Numbered from the stretch's first letter, positions 11,701-26,159 are shown. The stretch: 64,000 bases of DNA from Callorhinchus milii (GCF_018977255.1 NW_024704742.1:33110001-33174000); one strand, 5' to 3'. Made by a program: numbers and translations. The notes: generated from the letters alone by a model not told the origin.

Positions 11701-14054
11701 TTATCATTTGTAAGAAAACTGGATAGAGAAAGTAAAAGGATATCAAAGTTCTGTGGTTCAATCTTACCCGATTCAAAATAAAATTCTTGTCGATACTTTC
11801 CAGTGACTGACTTGCATTCCATCTGCTTACACTGTATTCTACTCTTCCATGACTTTGCAAAGTACAACAGCTGCTCCAAACGTAGTATAAGGCTCCTTCT
11901 TGTTCCAACTTCAATCTACATTCCTGGTGCTCACTCTGACAAACCAGACCATCTGCAACTTTGGCATTTTGTTTGACTTTCACCTCTACCTCAGGTGCTA
12001 CATCTGGACCATGACTGCAACTGCCACCCTCAGAACATGATTTCTCATCCCAATTCAGCCTAAACCCTTATCATCCTTTTGGTACCTCAGGGATTTCTCC
12101 AATGCTCTCTTCACTGCCCATTTGCTTTCTACTTTTCAAAATTTCTGGCTCCTACAGAATTCTGGAACCTGTATTGTGTTCACCACAGACTTCTCACAAC
12201 CATTTCCTTCTCACACCTACCTCTCCTGTACAGGCTCCTAGTCATGTAGAGGATTGATGTCCTGATCCCCAGTCTTGACTTTAAAATCATTTTATGCCCT
12301 TGTCCCATTTTATCTTTTCAGTTTCCAACAGTCCCATTCTCCTACCAACTTTTTGTTGAAGATATTGTCCGTTTTGCTTGGTTGAGGATTTAAAATGTTC
12401 ACTTCAACAGCAGAAAAAGGCTGGAGGAGTTATCAATTTCAAGGAAGAGGTTATTTGATGACCAAACCACTTGAACTTTAAAAAGCTCAGCTGTGGAAAG
12501 AAATACTCTGGAAGAGTTTGTTTCAACAGCTCAACAGTGTTCAGTGTGTCCTGCTTTAGACTGCACATATTGGCGGATCTACCTTGCTTTGATTGGCACA
12601 TGAATTTGTATATTAGTACAATGGCTCAATACGTTGCAGGCCTTCTTCCCCCTAGGAATAAATGTGACTTTCAGACCAGGCTTAAAGTTAACCTGTTGTA
12701 AATGAAAATAATAGGCAAATCAGTAGGTCAGAATAATTTTCAGTACAACAGATTTTAGATCTAATATCTTATACCCATATTAAAATTCATCTGGTGGTGC
12801 AAAATATGCCAACTGTGCTATTGAATGTTTTAAATTGTGAATTGAATTTTAACCTGGTTACAAAAAGTCTGTATTGTATAAATTCTGAAAATTAGGACCG
12901 CACTCCTGGGCCATTGAAAGAACAATCAATGTTTTAAAACACTGGTGAGCCCGAAACCCCTGCTTTGTTGAAACTCTCATCAGCTCTTAATAACTTCAAA
13001 CGTACATTTGGCTTCATAAGAGCTAGTTTGTTTTTGAATGGTTTAGTGTGCCTGTTGAGTGGATGTAAACACTGTGTACCTGTTTTGAAAGAGTAACAAA
13101 AGCAAGAGAGCTTTTCAAACTGGCAAGCCAGCTTTCAAATTGGTGATGTTGTCATGGCATTGCAACAGCTGGTGTTCAGGAGAAGCTTTTGATCTGTGTC
13201 AAGTGTGCAAAATGTGGAAAATGTACCATATTTAAATTGCATTAATTGTAAACTGAAATCTATCCTCGTGTGAAGGGACTTGCTGACAGCAGATTGTAAC
13301 ATGTCACTATTGGTGTGGGTGGGAAGACAGTTCAGGGGGATTTCCTCATAATCCTCTTAAGAATCTGGACCCACCATACTGTTCAACAGAAAGAAATAGC
13401 AGCAATTCTAGACTCGATTTTCGTAAATGACATTTAAAATGTGATCAGTTTAAAAATAATTCAAAAAGAATGATCTTAATTCACACTAAAATTATTACCT
13501 GTTGTTTTCTTTCCGATGCTGATTAACCTATTGTGAGTTTTTATTATTTTTCTGTTGATTGCAACAGATGGCGTCTTTTTATTATAAATACTGGAAATAT
13601 ATTTTTGTGATGTGCACATTTGTCACTTGGGGGTAACTGGATGAGTAAAACTGTCACTCGGAATCCCACATAATAAAATAACAAAACGTGTCATACATCA
13701 TTAAATGTATTTATAGGCACAAAGGAAAGTGTTCATGCAGTCCCTTGAAATGCACCGGAAATAGTGTTTGAATTACAGGCTTTCAGTAAAACGTTGACCT
13801 TCCCGGTCCCAGTCTGATATAATGAGCCCAGGATCCCTTTATAAGTAATGGATAATAAGGGTTATTGTCACAAAGCTAAAATCTGTTTTGAGTTGGTGGT
13901 GATGTAAATCGGTCATCGGATTTCATATACTGTATTGCGTTTCAGCTTTGCGAGCCACTGCTGACTGTTGATTTGCAGTGCAGTTTCTTCTCCTAATGCC
14001 AGATAGTTGTGCCTTCCAAGATAATATAATGCAATTGTCAGATTGTGCTAGTTT

Positions 14055-14340
14055 ATTTTGTGGCTCAGTTGGTAAAGACACACTACCTAGTATGGAACTG
14101 AGCAATATAGACATGGAAGGTGATGGGTTCAATTTCAGTTTGTGCCGGATAACTGATCTCATTCTGGCCGTCATTAGGAGCACTATAATTGTCCCCCATG
14201 ACCTTGGGTTAAGAAGGAGAAATCAGCCAGGAGTGCTGCCTCTTGTTACTATCACTGACAGATATTCTGTGTGTGTGTGTGTGTGTACACAATAATACAA
14301 TTGCACTCGGCTGTTCTGCCCCCTCTAGCTGCCTAGCCTA
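14055..14340 (+). mobile_element. Old tRNA-derived SINE of a second family (related copies at ~24690-25080 and ~32670-32880)
   Basis: A-box tggctcagttgg and B-box-like gggttcaatttc. The body motifs ctgatctca..ctataatt(g)g.c.c..aaatcagc.agg are shared with 24750-24850. Confidence 0.6.
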
Positions 14341-14400
14341 TAACAAAAATAACTGTTTCCTTTTATATAGCTCCTTTCACATAAAATAACATTTTACATT

Positions 14401-14887
14401 GGTCGGCAGTTCCTCAGCTAGGCTGGTCCACAATATTCCAGGGCATTGCTGTTGACAGCACAGCCAAGCTGGCTCATCTGCAGGACCTGGAAGGGCAGAC
14501 CAGTCACTGGGGGTCGGGAGTCATCCCACTCAGCTTATGTTAACCCTGCAAGTGAAAACCCTATTGGGTAGGGTGGTCCTAACTGGACAAACAGTAGGAA
14601 AGCTTGCCAGGCAAGCTACGTGGTTTTAGCTGGTTAGACTCCAGCCGTACCCCAATGCACACTCTGTTGATCCCCAAGCCCTGGTTCTTGCCAACCTGCG
14701 CTCGCTACTTTCCAGAATTAGGTCAGTAGGATGTGTCCCTGCAGGAGAGAGTGTGCTTCCATTCCAACAATCTGTTTCTGGAATTTCCATGTGTAGGTGG
14801 GATGCAAGGAATTCTCAGTTTGGTCTGGAAACTCTTAAACATGGTGATGGGTTTCTGCATGTGACAGCCACCCGGCTGACCAAAAAA
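14401..14887 (+). mobile_element. Unclassified ~490-nt A-tailed repeat, near-full-length copy
   Basis: Collinear with 8424-8898. Ends ggctgaccaaaaaa. Confidence 0.85.
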
Positions 14888-15824
14888 CCCATCTTGGAAT
14901 GGTTTATAATGGTGGGGCAGACTTTGAGAAGTGGAAGAGGTGAAAGTGAGGAGGCATGGCCAAAGAGATATCTTTTAAAGTTGAACTTGAATGGAGAGGG
15001 GTCATGGGAGGGAGTTCAGGTGATTAAGTAGAATTGGGAACACTTGGTTACTTCTTACCACCCACCCACAACTCCGCTCCCCCCGAAAGGATAGTCAATG
15101 CTTGATCATTGGACCCTTAGTAGGTGGATGGCTGGTACCTGGAACTCCCTGTGAGCTTCCCAATTTGCAGCAGAAGTAAGCATGAAATCTGTGAGAGCAT
15201 TGCCACCATTTTCCTAACCACAATTCAGACACATTCCTACCCATTGAGCAATGGCTCAGTTGCAGATCATGAATAAAAACAGCTGCTTACCAGAATGACT
15301 ATCAAATGTGTGAGGGATGAGGCAGAATAAGTGAATGAGTGCAACAAAAGTGAGAGGGTAAGTGGAGAGAGCGTGTTCTAATTATTGCTAATCTTGGGAC
15401 CCATGGATATAATTTTTTAGTGAACTACAATAGTGAGAACAAACCGAAAAACAGATTGTAAATTGGTTTAATCCAAATGCGTTATAAATATATGTTTTTT
15501 ATTCTCACTCTGCGTTTCTTCACTCATTAAAAAATACTTAAAATATTCGGTTATCACCTGCACAAATATTCTGACAGTCAAAAATATAATCTAGTCATTG
15601 AAAGGCTTTTACTAAAAGAATGAGTATCCCTTCATTACAAATATTTCTATAGCTCTTCATTTTCTATTTTAATTAAGATTTTGAATTCATCTAAAGTCAG
15701 TCTATGCAGTTGAGATAATCACAACTTATTATAGTAAAAAAAGTCAACTTGTTTGGTAAATTGTATCGTCCGTGCAGTGCAATTGTATAACCTACAGTTT
15801 TAGCTAAAGATAAAATGGTTTATT

Positions 15825-15985
15825 CGCTTTGTAGCTGTTTGTGGGATATTGCTCTATTCAAATTGGCTGTCACATTCGTCTACAAAATATACAAGTCACT
15901 ACACTTTACAGTAAGAATCCTGTGATGTGCTTTGAGACGTTTTATGACGTATTAAGGCAGTAAATCAACTGCAAATGTTATTAAT
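15825..15985 (+). mobile_element. Old Deu-type SINE 3' fragment
   Basis: ctgtttgtgggatattgct..aaattggctgtcacattcg..tgctttgagacgttttatgacgt. Confidence 0.65.
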
Positions 15986-17967
15986 ATTAATAAGGTAATG
16001 GATAAATAGAGAGGGCTTACATTTGTATTTCTTGAAATACAGATGATGGTGCCTTTTATTTTATAGTAATGTAACCGTCACAGTGACGTTACAAGTGGCA
16101 GTCACAAATGTATAATTTATGATGGGAAGCTGTTGATCTCAGCGTGAACTCTATCTGATGCAGTGTGAACTGTGTGTATGTGTCTGTGTGTATGTGTGTG
16201 TGTATAATAGCAACATAGTTCTGTGCTGAATTAATATCACTTAATACAGCACCCCAGTTACAATTTAATAAAAACAGTGAGCTCAGTTATTCACTCATTT
16301 ATTGATTAATTCAAGATATTTCCCTATTTCTTTGTTGCACAGTATAACTCAATATTTGTGTAAATAAATGAACAAGTGTACTGTATTTAATATTCTATTT
16401 GCAGTGTACCCCTTATCAGGTACATCAAATGATTGCACACGACCAAAGCCGCTGACGGCATGATCGTTGGGCTCCTTTGATCTGTGGAAGAGTAAGAAAG
16501 GATCCTTCAGTCCGGCCAGGCATTCTGAAATCTCAATGTAATTTTCAGTGCAGCATTGTCGACCCAGCATCTACAGCTGAAAGCTGATACTGTTTTTAAA
16601 CAAATACAATTATTTTAAGGTTTCAAAAGTCAAAGAGTTCAAGTGGCGTCTCAAGGTATTGTTCATACTGCTTGTCTCAATCATTTCAATTTCTAAGGAT
16701 AATTTGTTTTAATCGAATATGCTTTTAAATTTAAAACCTAGAAGGCTAGGTTTAACGACTCCCCCTCACCCTTTGCAGTATCTTTCTGGTCTCCAGTGTA
16801 GAAAGCTTCTGTCGATGTTGAGCTTGGTTCAGTGTCGAGACTACCCCATCTCTGAGTCTGCCTGACTCAGTGCAAGTGACGTGCAGCCAATTTATAAACC
16901 ACCTGTTCCATGTTTCTGTATCTGCTGTTTATTTGGGATGATTTCTCTTTAATCTGGGCCAGATTGGAGTCCCTGGTGGTCGATTTCACCTCAAAGGAAC
17001 CCAGTGATCATGCTGGTTGTGATTTTGTGCCCCACCCCACCATCGTAACAAGCTTCTGCTGCCAATGCCTAAATGTAACTGGCACTGTACTGTGTCCGCC
17101 TACACTGTGAGTTCAAAGTCCTGATATGGAGTTAAATTTACAACTTTTCAACTCTTGTTACTTGTACACCTGCTACCAAGTAACCGTGCTGAATTCAGAT
17201 GCAAATTTAAAGAACTTGAGAATGTGGTGGATTGCTCATCATGGTTGAAAGGAATAGGAGATAAATGAGGTCGAGAAGAAATTAGGTGAAAGCAAGTCTG
17301 GGTTTTAAAAATCTGTAGATTGTAGGCGAAAAGCAAGTAAAAGGCAAGTGGTAAAAGTCAATGATGAGGCTCTGTGTTCTAACCTACCCAGGAGTGTACA
17401 AGGTTTGTTATTTTCCCAGAATATGGGAGCCAAATTAACTTGGCTTCATAGAGTGTGAAAGCTGTTGAAGGGAAAGTAAATTTTTGAAACAAAACAGGAA
17501 TCCAGGATAATTTTCACAGGACACACAATGCTAGATTGTGGGACATCCTCCCGACGTGAAAGGCGCTTTACAAATGTAATTTTGTTGTTGTTGTAGATTA
17601 CTATTTTTCAGTAGCAGAATACCAATTTCCTTAGGCATAAACCACACCATCTTAACATCACTAAACCAGGAAAGCTGAAGTACCTCACATTTCTTATCTC
17701 TTTGACAAGACTTGGAAGCTGCATTCTGATAAGGCCAACTATGCTCCATTGGTTCAGCATGATTCTCTATTGATAACTCATGATCCCGGGCAAAGTGCCT
17801 ATCTGTCACATCTGTCCATAATTAGGTGACTGTCAAGTAATTGAACCCTGAGATAAGCAGATACTCAAGGCAACTGGTGCTGGTTGGTATCTGTTGATGC
17901 CAATTGATAGGAATCCAAAATTACGATGATTCGAACAAACCAGATTTTTGCTACTGATCAAATGGTC

Positions 17968-18460
17968 TTTTGTTTTTGGTCAGCCAGGTATCTGACACAT
18001 GTAAAAACCCATCACCATGCTTAAGAGTATCGAAACCGAGATTTCCATGCATCCCACCTACACATGGAAATCCCAGAGAGATTGTTGGAATGGTATGTGC
18101 ACTCTCTCCCTGGAGGGACGCATCCTGCTACCCAATTCCAGTAAGTATTAGGCACAGGTTGGCAAGAGCCAAGGCTTAGGGATCCCAGAATGTGCGTTGG
18201 GGTACTGCTGGAGTCCAACCAGCTAAAACCGCAAAGCTTGCTATTGATATTGCAAGCTTTCCCACTGCTTGTCCAGCTAGGTCCCCTCTACCCTTTAGGG
18301 CTTTGGCTTGCAGGTTTAACAGGAGCTGGGTGGGATGAATGCCCCCTAGTGACTAGTCCTGCCGCTGAACCAGTCTGACGGTGCTGTCATCAGCTGTGCC
18401 CTGGAATACTGTGGACCCGCCTGGCTCAGAAATTGAACTACGAGACCATCACAGAGGGCT
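17968..18460 (-). mobile_element. Unclassified ~490-nt A-tailed repeat, near-full-length antisense copy
   Basis: Begins tttttggtcagccaggtatctgacac, the reverse complement of the family 3' end, and is collinear to ~18460. Confidence 0.85.
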
Positions 18461-20649
18461 GGCTCGATTCCAATATTCCATCGACACGCATGTCACCTTG
18501 GAGCCAGTTCTGCTCCCCCACCCCCAAGGAGCGTGGTTCTAATCTGTCTAAATCTGGGAAGTGTCAAAATATTTCAGCATTCATGTTCACTGATAGTTAC
18601 AGTATAGAGATTTATAAAGGAAAAGAATGGCTGTCACTTTAGGTAGAGCAAAGGAGTGGCATCGTGAGGGAAACACGAGACTGAGAAGGGCAGCTATGTG
18701 TGTGGTGGAGGAAGATGAGGGCTGGTATTGTGTGGTACTTCAGTGAGAGTGTAATTCCTATTTTGGGTTCATTATTTCAGCTGATGTCCATACTCTCTTC
18801 AAATCCACCTGGTGCTAGTTTATTCAATGCCGATCCCAGACTTTCTATTATGAGGTTACATTAGGGTAGGGGGCTTATATTTTAGATGAGACACTCTTCA
18901 TTCATTTGCCATTTGCAGAAGGTGGATATTATACATGTACATGGAGACTATACTTGAACTCTGAGAATGAAGAAGAGCTTATTTACAATGAGTTTTAACA
19001 TTCATGTTGCTGGGTTTGCATTCGAGTGGGCTATAAAACATAACAATTTATTCCAGGGTGGTTAAGGTTAGATCAAAACCCGCAGCAGTTATTTAAAAAA
19101 AAGTTTCCATGTGCTAGCAGGTTCAAAACGATCTGGTGAAACGAAGTGCTACATATAATTATAGAATTTCTATTGAATTTTGTTTGACCTATTTTTTTAA
19201 AAAAATAATTGGATTCATTTCTGAACAGATTTCCATTAAAAGCATCTTGTCTCCTTTTGAGAGGGAATCAGATAAGTCCTTGGTTAAGCACAGATTTGAA
19301 GGTCATTTAAGGATAAATGTCAGTCTAGATCATTCAGTATTGTGGAACATGATACTTCTAGTCCTGCTGAGATTTTGAGGTATCACCTTAGGAATGCAAC
19401 AGGTGAAGAATGAATCATCTGATTCATTATTCTAGATGAATGTCTAGAGTTTTTAACTAAATAACCTTTTGCAATCGAAGAGGAAGCAATATTTTCCTGA
19501 AAGTTATACTTTGACTTCCCAGATATTAAATAAAATGGGGGAGAGTCTTGAATAAGATGAAGGAGAATATTAGAATTAAATAGACTGGGGGACAGTCTTA
19601 AATAACTTAAAATCAGAATATTACAGTGTCGAGCATGACAATTTGACGAAGTCTGCACTGGTGTTTTTCTTCACAGAAGCCTCCTTAGATAATCCAACAC
19701 TCTGCTTTCTTTATTTACCATTTAATATTCCTCTTTCAGTCTATGATTGAGAATCTATGAAATTCTCTTTTTAAAGCATTCATGGATCATTTGCTGTAAA
19801 ATCAATATGTTGGAAGAAACGAACACATTTTTTTCCTCATTGTCTTCCTTTTAGAAAGCACTCTTGAGATACTATGCAGCATGAAGAGCGCTATATAAAT
19901 TCTATTTGAACACATACACACAACACAGGTGAATGAGTAAAAGGGTGATAAAATCTAAGGTTGATTTTAATTAACAGTTATCGTTGGTAGGGCAGTAATT
20001 ACCATATAGACAGAAATAAGGTCCAACGGGTACTTAAAATATGTACAGCATGAAAAGACTTGTTGAACTGTAATGTCTGGAAAGGTGTTTGTGATTTTAA
20101 TAAGCAAAAGAAGTCTGTGGACCTTTATTGTAAGATTGGATACCTGATAATACCAAACGTATTATCAGGTATCCAATTGTGGTTTTCACTTCAGTTGTCC
20201 TCTGCTGTGCCTTCCCCAAGGTATACGTACTGTAGTACAATATCCAATTGTTCCCAGTACATTCCACATGGGTTTGCACTGATGTTCCTTTCAAGATGAC
20301 AAGTCACTTACTGGGATTTATCCTCTTTTCTGGTAATACATTTGCTACCATCCTCTTGCCCACAGCTCAGACAAACATGCCTACCTATTGACTGATGTTA
20401 GCACCTGGCTGGTGAAAATCAAATCGGTTTTATTTATTACTGCTGATAGTTTCTTCCAGGTTATATATTGCAGTTATTCCCATTGAGCACACCTCTTCCC
20501 CAATCTCCAGGTTGCATTTTGTGATTGTTGTACAGAATCAGCTGCTCTGATTACACCCCCCCACCCACCCCCACCCAGCTTTCTCTAGTAATATTTTTTT
20601 ACAACCCCTCTTCTGTTTCTCCCCCCACACCCCACCCCATAAAATTATA

Positions 20650-20760
20650 CAGGATGACCAAAAAGACTTATTTTTAAGTTACCCTATTATCTAAAAAAAA
20701 CTTATTTTTTTTAAGACATATTAGACATTGTAATGGTATCACAACTTTTTGGTCACCCTG
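20650..20760. mobile_element. 111-bp Tc1/mariner-type MITE
   Basis: TIRs CAGGATGACCAAAAAG / CTTTTTGGTCACCCTG (15 of 16 complementary), with TA on both sides (20648-20649, 20761-20762). Confidence 0.8.
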
Positions 20761-21279
20761 TATAATAACCAGGTATTGTCTTCTCGGCAAATTTACACAG
20801 CTTTGTGTTGTCCCTACTTACAAATGCAGTGTCATGAACTCATTCCATTCATGCAACTCAAATTGGAACTGTCCTTGATAGAGCTCTGATGCTGCTTACG
20901 TTCACTACCGAAGTTTCTACCCTATACGTGGCTTCTGACCTTATGGACTAATCTTCAGGCAGCCGTGTCAATTCTCTTCCCTTCTTGCTGCCACTTATGT
21001 CATTGTAATAGCTCCGGATCTTTTTCTGAACCAGAGTTATAAAGTTTGACTCATCCACATGGCCCGAATTAGTTTTTAAAATGTTTTTCACTGGCTTTTA
21101 ATTTTGGAGATTGTTCTTGGGGGAAAAAAACCCTCAAAAGCCCAGCTGATTATATATCAAATTTCTTCCGTAAGGAATTACAACTTCTCATCAAGTCAAC
21201 CTATAAATTTTGCAAATCCGCCCCAGTCCCAATCCTCCTCAGTATTGATGAAGGGTTTGGAATTGATGACAACAGTTAT

Positions 21280-21560
21280 TCTCGGTGAGTCAGTGGCTAG
21301 AGGACATACATTAATTTAAGATAATTAGCAAACAAACAAATGAGGAGGTTAGGAGAACTTTTTTTCATGCAAGCAGTAGTTAGGATATGGAATGCCCTGC
21401 TGGGTGTGGTCGTTCAGGTAGAATCTATATTGGCTTTCAAAAGAGAGCTAGATAAATACCTAAAACGGAATAATCTACAGGAATATGGGGAAGTGCAGGT
21501 AAACGGGACTGAAAGGAGTGCTATTAAAAGAGCAAGCATAGCCATGATAGGCTGAATGTG
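21280..21560 (+). mobile_element. CR1 LINE 3' end, degraded
   Basis: ARGHTL followed by FFMQAVVRIWNAL..ESILAFKRELDKYLKRNNLQEYG, the CR1 ORF2 C-terminus. Confidence 0.8.
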
Positions 21561-22249
21561 TTGCAAAATTCAGTAGTTCTAAGCTCTATTGGCAATTTAT
21601 GATCTCATCTGAGATGGCCAACTGTTCTGGCATCAACTTTTTCTTAAGAGCTCTTCCTATAATTCCTGACTTGGTGCTGTGAGTGAACAACAGGACCAGA
21701 AACACACATTGTGGTTTTCCGTGGTCCCAAATTTTGAGAAAAAAAATAAACCTACACTATTCTTATCTTGTACCTCTCAATAGCGTTCTTTACCAGATTA
21801 CTATTTAAATCCATCTTAAAGTTTGCTGAATTTTCTGAAACAATCTGCCTCAACCTCTTCCCTGGGCAGTTAGTTTTAAATTTCTGCCACTCACTCTAAA
21901 AAAAATGAAATTGGAACTGTCACTCCTCATTCGTTCATCTCCACTCTTCTGATTTTTCATTAGAGCTAATTCTGCCATAGCACATCCATTGGCCCACCAT
22001 AGAGAGACCAATAATAAGGACATTTTCTTCTCCATTAACATCTGTAAATATCCTCAGATGTTTTTCTCTCATATCCTCTGCTCGTTGCTTGTGCTACATA
22101 TCCTTGACTCCCATCAATGAACACATTTAAATTGAATTTGGGTCAGGAAAATTTCAAAATTATTCAACAAGTTAAATTACATGCAAATGAAGTACCAGAG
22201 TAACAGAATTATCCAATTTCCAAGTTCATAATAATTTGCATTGTTCCAG

Positions 22250-23410
22250 ACCCTGAGTGAGTTTCAATCCGTCTATCTGGTCTGTCACCAAAACTGCATT
22301 CTTCCACTTCTATAATATTGCTCAATTATGCCCTTACATGAACCCCCACCTCACTGAGCCAATCTGGAACCTTGGTGTCTTGTTTGACCCTCAACTGTCC
22401 TTTCTACCCCACATCTGCGCCATGCCCTGCTGTGCCTTCCTCCACCTCCGCAACTTTGCACGGCTCTAACACTGACCCTCTCATCAGGCCACTGAAACCC
22501 TCATCCACACATTTATCTCATTTAGGCTTGACTACGCCAATTCCCTGCTTGTTGGCCTTCCCAACTCTTCTCTCCACAAGCTACAGATCATCAAGACCTC
22601 TTCAGCTCATGTCCTCTGCCGCACCAGGCTCCGTAACCCCATCACCCCCACACTGATGTCCCCCAGAGGATAGAGTTGAAAATCCTCGTCCTCGCCTTCA
22701 AGGTCCTCCTTGGCTTTGCTTCTTCTTACCTCTGTGACTTGCTAACGTCATAGCAACCTGTTTGCTCCCTCCGCTCACAGGCTCCAGCTTGCTCCACATT
22801 CCTTACCCATACCACCCCACCATTGGCGGTGGGGCCTTCAGCGTCTGTTTCCATAGGAACAGGAGGAGGCCATTCAGTCCTTCGAGTCTGTTCCGCCATT
22901 TAATTAGATCATGGCTGATCTGTACCTCAAATAATCCTTTCAATTCCAATTTCCTGCTTTCTCCCCATATCCCTTAATACCCTGACCTACCAAAAATCTA
23001 TCAAACTCACTCTTGAAGGTGTGGATCGATCCAGCATGTGGGTCGAGAATTCTAGATTTCTACCACCTTTCGAGTGAAAAAATGCTTCCTGATTTCACTC
23101 TTAAATGGCCTGGTTCTAATTTTAAGACTATGCCCCTTGCTTTGGATTCCCCTATTAGAGGAAATAGCTTCTCTGTATCAAAGGACCTAGCTTCTCCCCA
23201 CCCTTTGGAACTCTATCCCACAGTCCCTATGCCTTGCTCCCTCCCTGTCTCTTTCAAGGCATGTCTCAAACCCTTATCTTCGAATGGGCCTTCAGACACC
23301 CTCCTACCTTCCCTGCCCTCCATCTCCCCTGATCCTAACCCCCTGCTCGGGTCCCCATGACGTGAAAAGTGCTATACAAATGTAATTTGTTATTGTGTTG
23401 TTGTTGTTGC
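22250..23410 (+). mobile_element. L2 3' fragment interrupted by a CR1 insertion
   Basis: NLGVLFDPQLSFLPHI..LHLRNFARL and HPTIGGGAFS precede the insertion. L2 resumes at ~23190 (ctttggaactctatccc) and ends gacgtgaaaagtgctatacaaatgtaatttgttattgtgttgttg. Confidence 0.85.
22851..23180 (-). mobile_element. CR1 3' end nested inside L2
   Basis: ataggaacaggaggaggccattcagtccttcgag..atcatggctgatc..ccccatatcccttaatacc is homologous to the CR1 end at 1235-1560. Confidence 0.85.
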
Positions 23411-24689
23411 TGCTGTTAATGCTGCTTAAACATGATTTTCTTCACCATGAGGCTAGATTGTGTTTTTGTGTTCTCTTTGTTCTGCAGTAGTGTTCTCTCC
23501 ATCATGCTCCGCTCACCATGACCGCATCCTGCCTAGCTCCATTGGCTCCTAATACCTCAGAAGATTGTTTGAGATGCTTGTTCTAGTCTTGAAGCCTGTC
23601 CATTCCTACCTATGCAATCTTTTCCATCTCATATTCTCTGCTCTTTGGCTTGTTGCTCGCACCACATATCTTTGACTCCATCAATGAACTCTTTCCCTCG
23701 CTCTCTCTCTTCCTGCCTTCAAAATTCTACAAAAAAATCCCTTCAACATGCCTTTGATCAACACCTTGAAATCTCTCTGCTTGATATTAACCTTTGAAAA
23801 GTTTACTTATGTCAAAGGAGTTTATTTAAATACAAGTTGTTGCTGCGTTGACACCTCATTTGACCGTATTAAAATATATACTTTGAAATAATCTTAAATT
23901 TTAGAAGAGTGGAGGTTTCTGGAAACTGTAGTGAGGTTTCATTGGGGTTGAGTCACTAAATAAGTAAAATTCCTTCATGCAGGAGAATCAATTTTCATTT
24001 TGGTCTCGCAAAATCTTCTTGCTTTGCCTGAAGCTGTGTGAAACTCAAGTGATTTGAATCATGAACTGCATTTATTAAAGTAGGACAGTGGCTGTGATAA
24101 CCTTGATTCAAGACCTTGTTTTTGTTGGTACACCTCAGATGTCATTAAATACTGTCACAGATCAATAAAACATGCTGGTTTGATTTTCAGTACTCAACAA
24201 TTGCCTGACAAATTCTCTGCAGGTTTTGAAAATGTATTTAAATACTAGTGGTAAGGTAATATAAACTAGGAAAAGAAAATGTAGAAGAATTCTGCAGCAT
24301 TCCTGTCAATTTTAATTCAATTCACTTACCCATTAGCTGATGAATTATCTGAGGGCAAATTTTGCATTGGGGACTTTGCCCCAATTTAGCCTACATTTAA
24401 ATACACAGTTACTGCACTCTACAATGCAATTACATGTGAAGTTCTAATTCATGTGAAGTTCTAATTCGTAGATGAAATGCAAGGGTTACTATTAACTACT
24501 TTTCACTAAGGCTGCACAAGATTTCTTTTGTGCACAAATGATGGGCTGGCACAGAACACAATTGGGTGGCAAATCATGTTCCCACACAGCGAGTGTTCAT
24601 TACACATACTTTAGGCTGCCTTGTTTCATTTGCATCTGCGTTGTTGATGGTAGCAGCATGGAAGAATTTATCCCATTTTATGTTGTGGT

Positions 24690-25080
24690 TTCCAAATCAG
24701 TACATTACCTGAACCATACGAACCAGAAAGGTTTATTCTTGATCTATGATGTGCCAGCTGATCTCAGCTGGGTAGGCAGTCCAGGTACTATAATTGGCCT
24801 CATTTCTCTGGATTCTGAAAAGGAAAATCAGCAAGGGTTCCTGCTCCTAAATAGTTGTGAAGTCGCTCCTGTTGTAGTTGCACATTTTCAACACCAAGTG
24901 AAGAGTGGATCTGCAACATGTAATTCTGTTGTACTGGGTTGAATACCCTACTGACACTCAGATATCAATTTCCCTTGTTACATCTTGTGCACAAATGGCC
25001 ATTATTCATATGAGGGTTGACTGAACCGCAGAAGGAAAAATAAGTCAAATCCTTTCAGGACACGAGGGGAGAAAAAATTG
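24690..25080 (+). mobile_element. Old SINE, second family (homologous to 14055-14340)
   Basis: gctgatctcagctggg..actataattggcctc..aaaatcagcaagggttcctgctcct, ending ttcaggacacgaggggagaaaaaa. Confidence 0.55.
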
Positions 25081-26159
25081 GTCATAGGAACTGTTTTTCG
25101 TGATCAGAACTCATACCAAGTTTAATTTTATTGCACAAGTAATTTTACTCCTTGCTGTCAAACTGCTCGACTATCCTGCTGACAAACTGCATCATAAATT
25201 CAAGACAGATTGAAATAATGAATAAGAAGTGTAATTCCTGGCAATTCACACCACAGATGTAATGTTTGACGCTGGTGGGCAAAACTGGTTGAGGGCTAAT
25301 GTTCAGAATAAATTTATAAGCTCTTTTAACATTTTTCAAGCCACCAGATGAGCCTTGTGACTTTTTTTAACAAAAAGAAATCAACATATCTTAAATGTCA
25401 TTTCAAATTCGGTTTAATTTATTTTAGATGGAGGGGAAGATGAGAAGATTGTACTTTTTTTAACCACCTCTGGAAAGAAATGAGTAGCAAATCTCCTCTG
25501 TATTAGCTTTGTGAATACATCAATAAACAAACTGAGTGTAGGCGTTCTAGTTTCTAAACAGTGGCAACTACAGGAATTATTCGATTTAGAGAATAAGAAG
25601 ATATTTATCTGGTTTCCAGCTCTGAAAAAAGATAGACATTGGTTTTAGTTCAATTGAATATGGCTTGTGACGGACACATTTCTATCAATGCTGACTGTTT
25701 CTAAACTTCTGAATTGGGCAGAAGAGTTATTTTTAGTGTTGGTAATAAGTCGTCAGCAAACGTCTGTTTCCTTATGGGATTTGGATTTTGCGCTCCACTG
25801 TGCCATTTTCATTTACTCTCTGTTGAATGGCTCTAATGGATTACATTGGCTGCTGGTATCTAGGTTATACATCTGCACTTTCAGATTTTAGTTGTTTTTT
25901 CTGACCTTGAATGTTTTCCTATATATTAACTGCAATAAATTAAATTAAATATTATAAATTATATAAGTGATATTTAGTGGCACTGGTAAATTATATTTAG
26001 TCGTGGTAAACACATAATGTGAGATATTCATTAATGTCTTTTAACCGATAATGAAGTTGAGGTTTGCTTAAAAATGTGTGAAATTTGCAGATAGTCTGCA
26101 AGAGAAATTCTTTTGGTAGCTCTGAACTTTTAATAAAGCCTTCAACTCCCACCTCAAAC

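Noticed and set aside
25727..25736. Isolated MEF2-like site TTATTTTTAG (also 38423-38432)
   Set aside because: Expected by chance in AT-rich DNA, with no supporting motif cluster.
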